Assembly (NCBI RefSeq): GCF_009914755.1
Contig: NC_060948.1
Length of the DNA stretch: 64,000 nucleotides
Reading direction: 5' to 3' (one strand)
From: the human T2T-CHM13v2.0 reference genome, Homo sapiens
This document shows, piece by piece, positions 42,326 through 61,682 of the stretch. The notes below the pieces were generated by a model that was not told where the DNA came from, searched no databases, and worked only from the letters and a program-made list of their open reading frames with translations. A program made the translations under genes and the position numbers. Position 1 is the first letter of the stretch; the number at the start of each line of letters is the position of its first letter.

Positions 42326-44430
42326 AGATCCATATTTTTTAAATGAAAAAAAATTTCAAAGGTACTCTGCTTGGTACAATAATCAAATGTATAAACTGAG
42401 GAATAAAACATAACCATGAAACCTACTTATAACTGCATATGGAAAATACAGAGGATAATTTTTTAAATAACATATTTTGAAAGCCTTAACTAGTAATTTG
42501 AAGAGTTGGCATTTGAAAGGCCAGTATGAATGTACCTTCAAAGCAGCAACACAGGTTCCCCATGAGAAAAAGCAAACACAGGGAAAATAAAAACACAAAG
42601 GTTCAATCTCTTCTGACCTTTGAAAGACACAGCACAGACAGTGGTCCTTAGGACGAAGAGCAGGAGACCCCTAATTCCGTCACCATGGCGATAGGGCATA
42701 AACATTGCTGGGTGAGGGCACAATCCACATTGTGAGGTCCAACTGCTGCCAGGAAGACAGGAGTGCTTTTACACAGACCGAAAGGTCATTGAAGGCTCAG
42801 AGTTTTGTTTCAAGAACTGAATCCCAAGCCCACACGTTATTAGGCTGCGCTTCTTAAAACAAGTTATGAGATGGGAAAAAGGGCACCCACAAACATACGT
42901 ATACATTATGTATATAATAATATACAGTATCATATATATAATATATATAACCTATGTATAATATTGTTTTACATCCTGCATCTTATGTTATATATATTGT
43001 ATAAAATATAATAATTGATAATATATAAGTTTTATAAATATACAATATGACATATAGTATATATTATAATTTATGACATATATAATATATGTTATATGTC
43101 ATATATAGAATATATTATACGGTTAATATACGTATTAAATATAAATTATACATTATATATATTATATATAATATATCTGTTATATATAATACCCATTATG
43201 CATAATATATATATTATGTCTATGTTATATATAGTATAAAACAACATATAATAATATATAATTGTATATATAAAATGCGACATATAATATATATTATATT
43301 TTATAACATATGTAATATATATTATATATTATATATAATACGTTGTATGTAAAATACCTATATTAAATATATATTATATGACTATGTTATTAATTACATG
43401 TCACATGTGTTATATATTATATATTTTACATAGAATATACCGGTTACATACAATATATACTATGTTACCTATAATGTATAATTTATTACATGTAAAATAA
43501 AGAATGCAATATATTATATATAATTTATAATATACCATATGTGGAATGTGATATATATAACATATAATATATGATATATGATATACAGTATATGATATAT
43601 AACATACAATATATGATTCCTAATATATATGGTATACAATATGTATTTTATGATATGTATTCTATATGTTTTATATTCTGTTATATATAACTATTTGAAA
43701 TTATATATAACTGTATAATATTTTATGTAAATATGTAATATAATATATATAACTATATAATATATTATATATAACTATATATTATGTTATATATACTTTT
43801 ATAACATAATTTACATAAAATATCATAATATAATATATATTATATTATTTCATATTACATAATATATATTACATATCACCCAGTATAACTAACATACATA
43901 ATATTATAATATAGATTATATTATGTTATATTAAATATCATATAAATCATGTATCATATATTCTATAATATATATTACACATTATATAATATGTATGTTG
44001 TCTATTATGTGATATATATAACTATATATATAATTATATTTTTATACATATAACTAGATAAACATGTAATTCTACATATTTTCATTTATAATATGTAGAA
44101 TTATATAATCATATGTAATTATTTATATACTATAAAAAATTTTATCATTACATAAATTATAATATATAAAAATTATAATATGTACTACAAATATATATAT
44201 TATATATCATATATGATATAGTACCTTTGTTATATATCATAATACATATAAATGTGTATTATGTTATCTATAATTATATAATTTCATATATAAGATGTAT
44301 AATATGTATCATATATTATATATGTTATATAATATATATAGTATATATAAGATGACACAGGATAAATATTATATACTATGACATATAAAATATATGAGGT
44401 TATATGTTACATATAAGGCATAGCACATAA

Positions 44431-44745
<315 letters not shown>

Positions 44746-46871
44746 AGATCCATATTTTGTAAATGAAAAAAAATTTCAAAGGTACTCTGCTTGGTACAAT
44801 AATCAAATGTATAAACTGAGGAATAAAACATAACCATGAAACCTACTTATAACTGCATATGGAAAATACAGAGGATAATTTTTTAAATAACATATTTTGA
44901 AAGCCTTAACTAGTAATTTGAAGAGTTGGCATTTGAAAGGCCAGTATGAATATACCTTCAAAGCAGCAACACAGGTTCCCCATGAGAAAAAGCAAACACA
45001 GGGAAAATAAAAACACAAAGGTTCAATCTCTTCTGACCTTTGAAAGACACAGCACAGACAGTGGTCCTTAGGACGAAGAGCAGGAGACCCCTAATTCCGT
45101 CACCATGGCGATAGGGCATAAACATTGCTGGGTGAGGGCACAATCCACATTGTGAGGTCCAACTGCTGCCAGGAAGACAGGAGTGCTTTTACATAGACCG
45201 AAAGGTCATTGAAGGCTCAGAGTTTTGTTTCAAGAACTGAATCCCAAGCCCACACGTTATTAGGCTGCGCTTCTTAAAACAAGTTATGAGATGGGAAAAA
45301 GGGCACCCACAAACATACGTATACATTATGTATATAATAATATACAGTATCATATATATAATATATATAACCTATGTATAATATTGTTTTACATCCTGCA
45401 TCTTATGTTATATATATTGTATAAAATATAATAATTGATAATATATAAGTTTTATAATTATACAATATGACATATAGTATATATTATAATTTATGACATA
45501 TATAATATATGTTATATATCATATATAGAATATATTATACGGTTAATATACGTATTAAATATAAATTATACATTATATATATTATATATAATATATCAGT
45601 TATATATAATACCCATTATGCATAATATATATATTATGTCTATGTTATATATAGTATAAAACAACATATAATAATATATAATTGTATATATAAAATGCGA
45701 CATATAATATATATTATATTTTATGACATATGTAATATATATTATATATTATATATAATACGTTGTATGTATAATACCTATATTAAATATATATTATATG
45801 ACTATGTTATTAATTACATGTCACATGTGTTATATATTATATATTTTACATAGAATATCCCGGTTACATACAATATATACTATGTTACCTATAATGTATA
45901 ATTTATTACATGTAAAATAAAGAATGCAATATATTATGTATAATTTATAATATACAATATGTGGAATGTGATATATATAACATATAATATATGATATATG
46001 ATATACAGTATATGATATATAACATACAATATGATTCCTAATATATACGGTATACAATATATATTTTATGATATGTATTCTATATGTTTTATATTCTGTT
46101 ATATATAACTATTTGAAATTATATATAACTGTATAATATTTTATGTAAATATGTAATATAATATATATAACTATATAATATATTATATATAACTATATAT
46201 TATGTTATATATACTTTTATAACATAATTTACATAAAATATCATAATATAATATATATTATATTATTTCATATTACATAATATATATTACATATCACCCA
46301 ATATAACTAACATACATAATATTATAATATAGATTATATTGTGTTATATTAAATATCATATATATCATGTATCATATATTCTATAATATATATTACACAT
46401 TATATAATATGTATGTTGTCTATTAGGTGATATATATAACTATATATATAATTATATTTTTATACATATAACTAGATAAACATGTAATTCTACATATTTT
46501 CATTTATAATATGTAGAATTATATAATCATATATAATTATTTATATTCTATAAAAAATTTTATCATTATATAAATTATAATATATAAAAATTATAATATG
46601 TACTACAAATATATAAATTATATATCATATATGATATAGTACCTTTGTTATATATCATAATACATATAAATGTGTATTATGATATCTATAATTATGTAAT
46701 TTCATATATAAGATGTATAATATGTATCATATATTATATATGTTATGTAATATATATAGTATATATAAGATGACACAGGATAAATATCATATACTATGAC
46801 ATATTAAATATATGAGGTTATATGTTACATATAAGGCATAGCACATAACATGTAATATATATCATATATAA

Positions 46872-47163
46872 TTTTTTTTTAGACAGAATCTTGTCCTGTT
46901 GCACACGGTGGGGTACAATGGCGCCATCTTTGCTCACTGCAACTTCTGCCTCACGGGTCCAAGCGATTGTCCTCCCTCAGCCTCCCAGGTAGCTGGGACT
47001 ACACCACACTGGGACTACACCAGCTGCCACCATGCCTAGCTAATTTTTTGGATTTTTAGTAGTGACAGCGTTTCACTGTATTGGCCAGGATGGTCTTGAT
47101 CTCTTCACCTTGTGATCCCCTTGCCTTGGCCTCCAAATTTGCTGGGATTACAGGCCTGAGCCA
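46872..47163 (-). mobile_element. Alu fragment, unit 20
   Basis: Near-identical copy of 916-1207. Confidence 0.93.
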
Positions 47164-49291
47164 AGATCCATATTTTTTAAATGAAAAAAAATTTCAAAGG
47201 CACTCTGCTTGGTACAATAATCAAATGTATAAACTGAGGAATAAAACATAACCATGAAACCTACTTATAACTGCATATGGAAAATACAGAGGATAATTTT
47301 TTAAATAACATATTTTGAAAGCCTTAACTAGTAATTTGAAGAGTTGGCATTTGAAAGGCCAGTATGAATATACCTTCAAAGCAGCAACACAGGTTCCCCA
47401 TGAGAAAAAGCAAACACAGGGAAAATAAAAACACAAAGGTTCAATCTCTTCTGACCTTTGAAAGACACAGCACAGACAGTGGTCCTTAGGACGAAGAGCA
47501 GGAGACCCCTAATTCCGTCACCATGGCGATAGGGCATAAACATTGCTGGGTGAGGGCACAATCCACATTGTGAGGTCCAACTGCTGCCAGGAAGACAGGA
47601 GTGCTTTTACATAGACCGAAAGGTCATTGAAGGCTCAGAGTTTTGTTTCAAGAACTGAATCCCAAGCCCACACGTTATTAGGCTGCGCTTCTTAAAACAA
47701 GTTATGAGATGGGAAAAAGGGCACCCACAAACATACGTATACATTATGTATATAATAATATACAGTATCATATATATAATATATATAACCTATGTATAAT
47801 ATTGTTTTACATCCTGCATCTTATGTTATATATATTGTATAAAATATAATAATTGATAATATATAAGTTTTATAATTATACAATATGACATATAGTATAT
47901 ATTATAATTTATGACATATATAATATATGTTATATGTCATATATAGAATATATTATACGGTTAATATACGTATTAAATATAAATTATACATTATATATAT
48001 TATATATAATATATCTGTTATATATAATACCCATTATGCATAATATATATATTATGTCTATGTTATATATAGTATAAAACAACATATAATAATATATAAT
48101 TGTATATATAAAATGCGACATATAATATATATTATATTTTATAACATATGTAATATATATTATATATTATATATAATACGTTGTATGTATAATACCTATA
48201 TTAAATATATATTATATGACTATGTTATTAATTACATGTCACATGTGTTATATATTATATATTTTACATAGAATATACCGGTTACATACAATATATACTA
48301 TGTTACCTATAATGTATAATTTATTACATGTAAAATAAAGAATGCAATATATTATGTATAATTTATAATATACCATATGTGGAATGTGATATATATAACA
48401 TGTAATATATGATATATGATATACAGTATATGATATATAACATACAATATATGATTCCTAATATATATGGTATACAATATATATTTTATGATATGTATTC
48501 TATATGTTTTATATTCTGTTATATATAACTATTTGAAATTATAAATAACTGTATAATATTTTATGTAAATATGTAATATAATATATATAACTATATAATA
48601 TATTATATATAACTATATATTATGTTATATATACTTTTATAACATAATTTACATAAAATATCATAATATAATATATATTATATTATTTCATATTACATAA
48701 TATATATTTCATATCACCCAATATAACTAACATACATAATATTATAATATAGATTATATTGTGTTATATTAAATATCATATATATCATGTATCATATATT
48801 CTATAATATATATTACACATTATATAGTATGTATGTTGTCTATTATGTGATATATATAACTATATATATAATTATATTTTTATACATATAACTAGATAAA
48901 CATGTAATTCTACATATTTTCATTTATAATATGTAGAATTATGTAATCATATATAATTATTTATATTCTATAAAAAATTTTATCATTATATAAATTATAA
49001 TATATAAAAATTATAATATGTACTACAAATATATATATTATATATCATATATGATATAGTACCTTTGTTATATTTCATAATACATATAAATGTGTATTAT
49101 GTTATCTATAATTATATAATTTCATATATAAGATGTATAATATGTATCATATATTATATATGTTATGTAATATATATAGTATATATAAGATGACACAGGA
49201 TAAATATTATATACTATGACATATAAAATATATGAGGTTATATGTTACATATAAGGCATAGCACATAACATGTAATATATATCATATATAA

Positions 49292-49583
49292 TTTTTTTTT
49301 AGACAGAATCTTGTCCTGTTGCACAGTGTGGGGTACAATGGCGCCATCTTTGCTCACTGCAACTTCTGCCTCACGGGTTCAAGCGATTGTCCTCCCTCAG
49401 CCTCCCAGGTAGCTGGGACTACAGCACACTGGGACTACACCAGATGCCACCATGCCTAGCTAATTTTTTGGATTTTTAGTAGTGACAGCGTTTCACTGTA
49501 TTGGCCAGGATGGTCTTGATCTCTTCACCTTGTGATCCCCTTGCCTTGGCCTCCAAATTTGCTGGGATTACAGGCCTGAGCCA
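49292..49583 (-). mobile_element. Alu fragment, unit 21
   Basis: Near-identical copy with 4 clustered private substitutions. Confidence 0.93.
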
Positions 49584-51690
49584 AGATCCATATTTTTTAA
49601 ATGAAAAAAAATTTCAAAGGTACTCTGCTTGGTACAATAATCAAATGTATAAACTGAGGAATAAAACATAACCATGAAACCTACTTATAACTGCATATGG
49701 AAAATACAGAGGATAATTTTTTAAATAACATATTTTGAAAGCCTTAACTAGTAATTTGAAGAGTTGGCATTTGAAAGGCCAGTATGAATATACCTTCAAA
49801 GCAGCAACACAGGTTCCCCATGAGAAAAAGCAAACACAGGGAAAATAAAAACACAAAGGTTCAATCTCTTCTGACCTTTGAAAGACACAGCACAGACAGT
49901 GGTCCTTAGGACGAAGAGCAGGAGACCCCTAATTCCGTCACCATGGCGATAGGGCATAAACATTGCTGGGTGAGGGCACAATCCACATTGTGAGGTCCAA
50001 CTGCTGCCAGGAAGACAGGAGTGCTTTTACATAGACCGAAAGGTCATTGAAGGCTCAGAGTTTTGTTTCAAGAACTGAATCCCAAGCCCACAGGTTATTA
50101 GGCTGCGCTTCTTAAAACGAGTTATGAGATGGGAAAAAGGGCACCCACAAACATACGTATACATTATGTATATAATAATATACAGTATCATATATATAAT
50201 ATATATAACCTATGTATAATATTGTTTTACATCCTGCATCTTATGTTATATATATTGTATAAAATATAATAATTGATAATATATAAGTTTTATAATTATA
50301 CAATATGACATATAGTATATATTATAATTTATGACATATATAATATATGTTATATGTCATATATAGAATATATTATACGGTTAATATACGTATTAAATAT
50401 AAATTATACATTATATATATTATATATAATATATCTGTTATATATAATACCCATTATGCATAATATATATATTATGTCTATGTTATATATAGTATAAAAC
50501 AACATATAATAATATATAATTGTATATATAAAATGCGACATATAATATATATTATATTTTATAACATATGTAATATATATTATATATTATATATAATACG
50601 TTGTATGTATAATACCTATATTAAATATATATTATATGACTATGTTATTAATTACATGTCACATGTGTTATATATTATATATTTTACATAGAATATACCG
50701 GTTACATACAATATATACTATGTTACCTATAATGTATAATTTATTACATGTAAAATAAAGAATGCAATATATTATGTACAATTTATAATATACAATATGT
50801 GGAATGTGATATATATAACATATAATATATGATATATGATATACAGTATATGATATATAACATACAATATATGATTCCTAATATATATGGTATACAATAT
50901 ATATTTTATGATATGTATTCTATATGTTTTATATTCTGTTATATATAACTATTTGAAATTATAAATAACTGTATAATATTTTATGTAAATATGTAATATA
51001 ATATATATAAATATATAATATATTATATATAACTATATATTATGTTATATATACTTTTATAACATAATTTACATAAAATATCATAATATAATATATATTA
51101 TATTATTTCATATTACATAATATATATTACATATCACCCAATATTACTAGCATACATAATATTATAATATAGATTATATTGTGTTATATTAAATATCATA
51201 TATATCATGTATCATATATTCTATAATATATATTACACATTATATAATATGTATGTTGTCTATTATGTGATATATATAACTATATATATAATTATATTTT
51301 TATACATATAACTAGATAAACATGTAATTCTACATATTTTCATTTATAATATGTAGAATTATATAATCATATATAATTATTTATATTCTATAAAAAATTT
51401 TATCATTATATAAATTATAATATATAAAAATTATAATATGTACTACAAATATATATATATTATATATCATATATGATATAGTACCTTTGTTATATATCAT
51501 AATACATATAAATGTGTATTATGTTATCTATAATTATATAATTTCATATATAAGATGTATAATATGTATCATATATTATATATGTTATGTAATATATATA
51601 GTATATATAAGATGACACAGGATAAATATTATATACTATGACATATAAAATATATGAGGTTATTTGTTACATATAAGGCATAGCACATAA

Positions 51691-52005
<315 letters not shown>

Positions 52006-54110
52006 AGATCCATATTTTTTAAATGAAAAAAAATTTCAAAGGTACTCTGCTTGGTACAATAATCAAATGTATAAACTGAGGAATAAAACATAACCATGAA
52101 ACCTACTTATAACTGCATATGGAAAATACAGAGGATAATTTTTTAAATAACATATTTTGAAAGCCTTAACTAGTAATTTGAAGAGTTGGCATTTGAAAGG
52201 CCAGTATGAATATACCTTCAAAGCAGCAACACAGGTTCCCCATGAGAAAAAGCAAACACAGGGAAAATAAAAACACAAAGGTTCAATCTCTTCTGACCTT
52301 TGAAAGACACAGCACAGACAGTGGTCCTTAGGACGAAGAGCAGGAGACCCCTAATTCCGTCACCATGGCGATAGGGCATAAACATTGCTGGGTGAGGGCA
52401 CAATCCACATTGTGAGGTCCAACTGCTGCCAGGAAGACAGGAGTGCTTTTACATAGACCGAAAGGTCATTGAAGGCTCAGAGTTTTGTTTCAAGAACTGA
52501 ATCCCAAGCCCACACGTTATTAGGCTGCGCTTCTTAAAACAAGTTATGAGATGGGAAAAAGGGCACCCACAAACATACGTATACATTATGTATATAATAA
52601 TATACAGTATCATATATATAATATATATAACCTATGTATAATATTGTTTTACATCCTGCATCTTATGTTATATATATTGTATAAAATATAATAATTGATA
52701 ATATATAAGTTTTATAATTATACAATATGACATATAGTATATATTATAATTTATGACATATATAATATATGTTATATATCATATATAGAATATATTATAC
52801 GGTTAATATACGTATTAAATATAAATTATACATTATATATATTATATATAATATATCTGTTATATATAATACCCATTATGCATAATATATATATTATGTC
52901 TATGTTATATATAGTATAAAACAACATATAATAATATATAATTGTATATATAAAATGCGACATATAATATATATTATATTTTATAACATATGTAATATAT
53001 ATTATATATTATATATAATACGTTGTATGTATAATACCTATATTAAATATATATTATATGACTATGTTATTAATTACATGTCACATGTGTTATATATTAT
53101 ATATTTTACGTAGAATATACCGGTTACATACAATATATACTATGTTACCTATAATGTATAATTTATTACATGTAAAATAAAGAATGCAATATATTATGTA
53201 AAATTTATAATATACAATATGTGGAATGTGATATATATAACATATAATATATGATATATGATATACAGTATATGATATATAACATACAATATATGATTCC
53301 TAATATATATGGTATACAATATATATTTTATGATATGTATTCTATAGGTTTTATATTCTGTTATATATAACTATTTGAAATTATATATAACTGTATAATA
53401 TTTTATGTAAATATGAAATATAATATATATAACTATATAATATATTATATATAACTATATATTATGTTATATATACTTTTATAACATAATTTACATAAAA
53501 TATCATAATATAATATATATTATATTATTTCATATTACATAATATATATTACATATCACCCAATATAACTAACATACATAATATTATAATATAGATTATA
53601 TTATGTTATATTAAATATCATATATATCATGTATCATATATTCTATAATATATATTACACATTATATAATATGTATGTTGTCTATTATGTGATATATATA
53701 ACTATATATATAATTATATTTTTATACATATAACTAGATAAACATGTAATTCTACATATTTTCATTTATAATATGTAGAATTATATAATCATATATAATT
53801 ATTTATATTCTATAAAAAATTTTATCATTATATAAATTATAATATATAAAAATTATAATATGTACTACACATATATATATTATATATCATATATGATATA
53901 GTACCTTTGTTATATATCATAATACATATAAATGTGTATTTTGTTATCTATAATTATATAATTTCATATATAAGATGTATAATATGTATCATATATTATA
54001 TATGTTATGTAATATATATAGTATATATAAGATGACACAGGATAAATATTATATACTATGACATATAAAATATATGAGGTTATATGTTACATATAAGGCA
54101 TAGCACATAA

Positions 54111-54425
<315 letters not shown>

Positions 54426-56525
54426 AGATCCATATTTTTTAAATGAAAAAAAATTTCAAAGGTACTCTGCTTGGTACAATAATCAAATGTATAAACTGAG
54501 GAATAAAACATAACCATGAAACCTACTTATAACTGCATATGGAAAATACAGAGGATAATTTTTTAAATAACATATTTTGAAAGCCTTAACTAGTAATTTG
54601 AAGAGTTGGCATTTGAAAGGCCAGTATGAATATACCTTCAAAGCAGCAACACAGGTTCCCCATGAGAAAAAGCAAACACAGGGAAAATAAAAACACAAAG
54701 GTTCAATCTCTTCTGACCTTTGAAAGACACAGCACAGACAGTGGTCCTTAGGACGAAGAGCAGGAGACCCCTAATTCCGTCACCATGGCGATAGGGCATA
54801 AACATTGCAGGGTGAGGGCACAATCCACATTGTGAGGTCCAACTGCTGCCAGGAAGACAGGAGTGCTTTTACATAGACCGAAAGGTCATTGAAGGCTCAG
54901 AGTTTTGTTTCAAGAACTGAATCCCAAGCCCACACGTTATTAGGCTGCGCTGCTTAAAACAAGTTATGAGATGGGAAAAAGGGCACCCACAAACATACGT
55001 ATACATTATGTATATAATAATATACAGTATCATATATATAATATATATAACCTATGTATAATATTGTTTTACATCCTGCATCTTATGTTATATATATTGT
55101 ATAAAATATAATAATTGATAATATATAAGTTTTATAATTATACAATATGACATAGAGTATATATTATAATTTATGACATATATAATATATGTTATATATC
55201 ATATATAGAATATATTATACGGTTAATATACGTATTAAATATAAATTATACATTATATATATTATATATAATATATCTGTTATATATAATACCCATTATG
55301 CATAATATATATATTATGTCTATGTTATATATAGTATAAAACAACATATAATAATATATAATTGTATATATAAAATGCGACATATAATATATATTATATT
55401 TTATAACATATGTAATATATATTATATATAATACGTTGTATGTATAATACCTATATTAAATATATATTATATGACTATGTTATTAATTACATGTCACATG
55501 TGTTATATATTATATATTTTACATAGAATATACCGGTTACATACAATATATACTATGTTACCTATAATGTATAATTTATTACATGTAAAATAAAGAATGC
55601 AATATATTATGTATAATTTATAATATACAATATGTGGAATGTGATATATGTAACATATAATATATGATATATGATATACAGTATATGATATATAACATAC
55701 AATATATGATTCCTAATATATATGGTATACAATATATATTTTATGATATGTATTCTATATGTTTTATATTCTGTTATATATAACTATTTGAAATTATATA
55801 TAACTGTATAATATTTTATGTAAATATGTAATATAATATATATAACTATATAATATATTATATATAACTATATATTATGTTATATATACTTTTATAACAT
55901 AATTTACATAAAATATCATAATATAATATATATTATAATATTTCATATTACATAATATATATTACATATCACCCAATATAACTAACATACATAATATTAT
56001 AATATAGATTATATTACGTTATATTAAATATCATATATATCATGTATCATATATTCTATAATATATATTACACATTATATAATATGTATGTTGTCTATTA
56101 TGTGATATATATAACTATATATATAATTACATTTTTATACATATAACTGGATAAACATGTAATTCTACATATTTTCATTTATAATATGTAGAATTATATA
56201 ATCATATATAATTATTTATATTCTATAAAAAATTTTATCATTATATAAATTATAATATATAAAAATTATAATATGTACTACAAATATATATATATTATAT
56301 ATCATATATGATATAGTACCTTTGTTATATATCATAATACATATAAATGTGTATTATGTTATCTATAATTATATAATTTCATATATAAGATGTATAATAT
56401 GTATCATATATTATATATGTTATGTAATATATATAGTATATATAAGATGACACAGGATAAATATTATATACTATGACATATAAAATATATGAGGTTATAT
56501 GTTACATATAAGGCATAGCACATAA

Positions 56526-56840
<315 letters not shown>

Positions 56841-58947
56841 AGATCCATATTTTTTAAATGAAAAAAAATTTCAAAGGTACTCTGCTTGGTACAATAATCA
56901 AATGTATAAACTGAGGAATAAAACATAACCATGAAACCTACTTATAACTGCATATGGAAAATACAGAGGATAATTTTTTAAATAACATATTTTGAAAGCC
57001 TTAACTAGTAATTTGAAGAGTTGGCATTTGAAAGGCCAGTATGAATATACCTTCAAAGCAGCAACACAGGTTCCCCATGAGAAAAAGCAAACACAGGGAA
57101 AACAAAAACACAAAGGTTCAATCTCTTCTGACCTTTGAAAGACACAGCACAGACAGTGGTCCTTAGGACGAAGAGCAGGAGACCCCTAATTCCGTCACCA
57201 TGGCGATAGGGCATAAACATTGCTGGGTGAGGGCACAATCCACATTGTGAGGTCCAACTGCTGCCAGGAAGAGAGGAGTGCTTTTACATAGACCGAAAGG
57301 TCATTGAAGGCTCAGAGTTTTGTTTCAAGAACTGAATCCCAAGCCCACACGTTATTAGGCTGCGCTACTTAAAACAAGTTATGAGATGGGAAAAAGGGCA
57401 CCCACAAACATACGTATACATTATGTATATAATAATATACAGTATCATATATTTAATATATATAACCTATGTATAATATGGTTTTACATCCTGCATCTTA
57501 TGTTATATATATTGTATAAAATATAATAATTGATAATATATAAGATTTATAATTATACAATATGACATACGGTATATATTATAATTTATGACATATATAA
57601 TATATGTTATATGTCATATATAGAATATATTATACGGTTAATATACGTATTAAATATAAATTATACATTATATATATTATATATAATATATCTGTTATAT
57701 ATAATAACCATTATGCATAATATATATATTATGTCTATGTTATATATAGTATAAAAGAACATATAATAATATATAATTGTATATATAAAATGCGACATAT
57801 AATATATATTATATTTTATATCATATGTAATATATATTATATATTATATATAATACGTTGTATGTATAATACCTATATTAAATATATATTATATGACTAT
57901 GTTATTAATTACATGTCACATGTGTTATATATTATATATTTTACATAGAATATACCGGTTACATACAATATATACTATGTTACCTATAATGTATAATTTA
58001 TTACATGTAAAATAAAGAATGCAATATATTATGTAAAATTTATAATATACCATATGTGGAATGTGATATATATAACATATAATATATGATATATGATATA
58101 CAGTATATGATATATAACATACAATATATGATTCCTAATATATATGGTATACAATATGTATTTTATGATATGTATTCTATATGTTTTATATTCTGTTATA
58201 TATAACTATTTGAAATTATATATAACTGTATAATATTTTATGTAAATATGTAATATAATATATATAACTATATAATATATTATATATAACTATATATTAT
58301 GTTATATATACTTTTATAACATAATTTACATAAAATATCATAATATAATATATATTATAATATTTCATATTACATAATATATATTACATATCACCCAATA
58401 TAACTAACATACATAATATTATAATATAGATTATATTACGTTATATTAAATATCATATATATCATGTATCATATATTCTATAATATATATTACACATTAT
58501 ATAATATGTATGTTGTCTATTATGTGATATATATAACTATATATATAATTACATTTTTATACATATAACTGGATAAACATGTAATTCTACATATTTTCAT
58601 TTATAATATGTAGAATTATATAATCATATATAATTATTTATATTCTATAAAAAATTTTATCATTATATAAATTATAATATATAAAAATTATAATATGTAC
58701 TACAAATATATATATATTATATATCATATATGATATAGTACCTTTGTTATATATCATAATACATATAAATGTGTATTATGTTATCTATAATTATATAATT
58801 TCATATATAAGATGTATAATATGTATCATATATTATATATGTTATGTAATATATATAGTATATATAAGATGACACAGGATAAATATTATATACTATGACA
58901 TATAAAATATATGAGGTTATATGTTACATATAAGGCATAGCACATAA

Positions 58948-59262
<315 letters not shown>

Positions 59263-61367
59263 AGATCCATATTTTTTAAATGAAAAAAAATTTCAAAGGT
59301 ACTCTGCTTGGTACAATAATCAAATGTATAAACTGAGGAATAAAACATAACCATGAAACCTACTTATAACTGCATATGGAAAATACAGAGGATAATTTTT
59401 TAAATAACATATTTTGAAAGCCTTAACTAGTAATTTGAAGAGTTGGCATTTGAAAGGCCAGTATGAATATACCTTCAAAGCAGCAACACAGGTTCCCCAT
59501 GAGAAAAAGCAAACACAGGGAAAACAAAAACACAAAGGTTCAATCTCTTCTGACCTTTGAAAGACACAGCACAGACAGTGGTCCTTAGGACGAAGAGCAG
59601 GAGACCCCTAATTCCGTCACCATGGCGATAGGGCATAAACATTGCTGGGTGAGGGCACAATCCACATTGTGAGGTCCAACTGCTGCCAGGAAGAGAGGAG
59701 TGCTTTTACATAGACCGAAAGGTCATTGAAGGCTCAGAGTTTTGTTTCAAGAACTGAATCCCAAGCCCACACGTTATTAGGCTGCGCTACTTAAAACAAG
59801 TTATGAGATGGGAAAAAGGGCACCCACAAACATACGTATACATTATGTATATAATAATATACAGTATCATATATTTAATATATATAACCTATGTATAATA
59901 TGGTTTTACATCCTGCATCTTATGTTATATATATTGTATAAAATATAATAATTGATAATATATAAGATTTATAATTATACAATATGACATACGGTATATA
60001 TTATAATTTATGACATATATAATATATGTTATATGTCATATATAGAATATATTATACGGTTAATATACGTATTAAATATAAATTATACATTATATATATT
60101 ATATATAATATATCTGTTATATATAATAACCATTATGCATAATATATATATTATGTCTATGTTATATATAGTATAAAAGAACATATAATAATATATAATT
60201 GTATATATAAAATGCGACATATAATATATATTATATTTTATATCATATGTAATATATATTATATATTATATATAATACGTTGTATGTATAATACCTATAT
60301 TAAATATATATTATATGACTATGTTATTAATTACATGTCACATGTGTTATATATTATATATTTTACATAGAATATACCGGTTACATACAATATATACTAT
60401 GTTACCTATAATGTATAATTTATTACATGTAAAATAAAGAATGCAATATATTATGTAAAATTTATAATATACCATATGTGGAATGTGATATATATAACAT
60501 ATAATATATGATATATGATATACAGTATATGATATATAACATACAATATATGATTCCTAATATATATGGTATACAATATGTATTTTATGATATGTATTCT
60601 ATATGTTTTATATTCTGTTATATATAACTATTTGAAATTATATATAACTGTATAATATTTTATGTAAATATGTAATATAATATATATAACTATATAATAT
60701 ATTATATATAACTATATATTATGTTATATATACTTTTATAACATAATTTACATAAAATATCATAATATAATATATATTATATTATTTCATATTACATAAT
60801 ATATATTACATATCACCCAATATAACTAACATACATAATATTATAATATAGATTATATTGTGTTATATTAAATATCATATATATCATGTATCATATATTC
60901 TATAATATATATTACACATTATATAATATGTATGTTGTCTATTATGTGATATATATAACTATATATATAATTATATTTTTATACATATAACTAGATAAAC
61001 ATGTAATTCTACATATTTTCATTTATAATATGTAGAATTATATAATCATATATATTTATTTATATTCTATAAAAAATTTTATCATTATATAAATTATAAT
61101 ATATAAAAATTATAATATGTACTACAAATATATATATTATATATCATATATGATATAGTACCTTTGTTATATATCTTAGTACATATAAATGTGTATTATG
61201 TTATCTATAATTATATAATTTCATATATAAGATGTATAATATGTATCATATATTATATATGTTATGTACTATATATAGTATATATAAGATGACACAGGAT
61301 AAATATTATATACTATGACATATAAAATATATCAGGTTATATGTTACATATAAGGCATAGCACATAA

Positions 61368-61682
<315 letters not shown>

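Noticed and set aside
45830-46057. 75-aa Y/I-rich ORF
   Set aside because: Translation of (TA)n-like DNA, opened by a private 2-bp deletion and a substitution.
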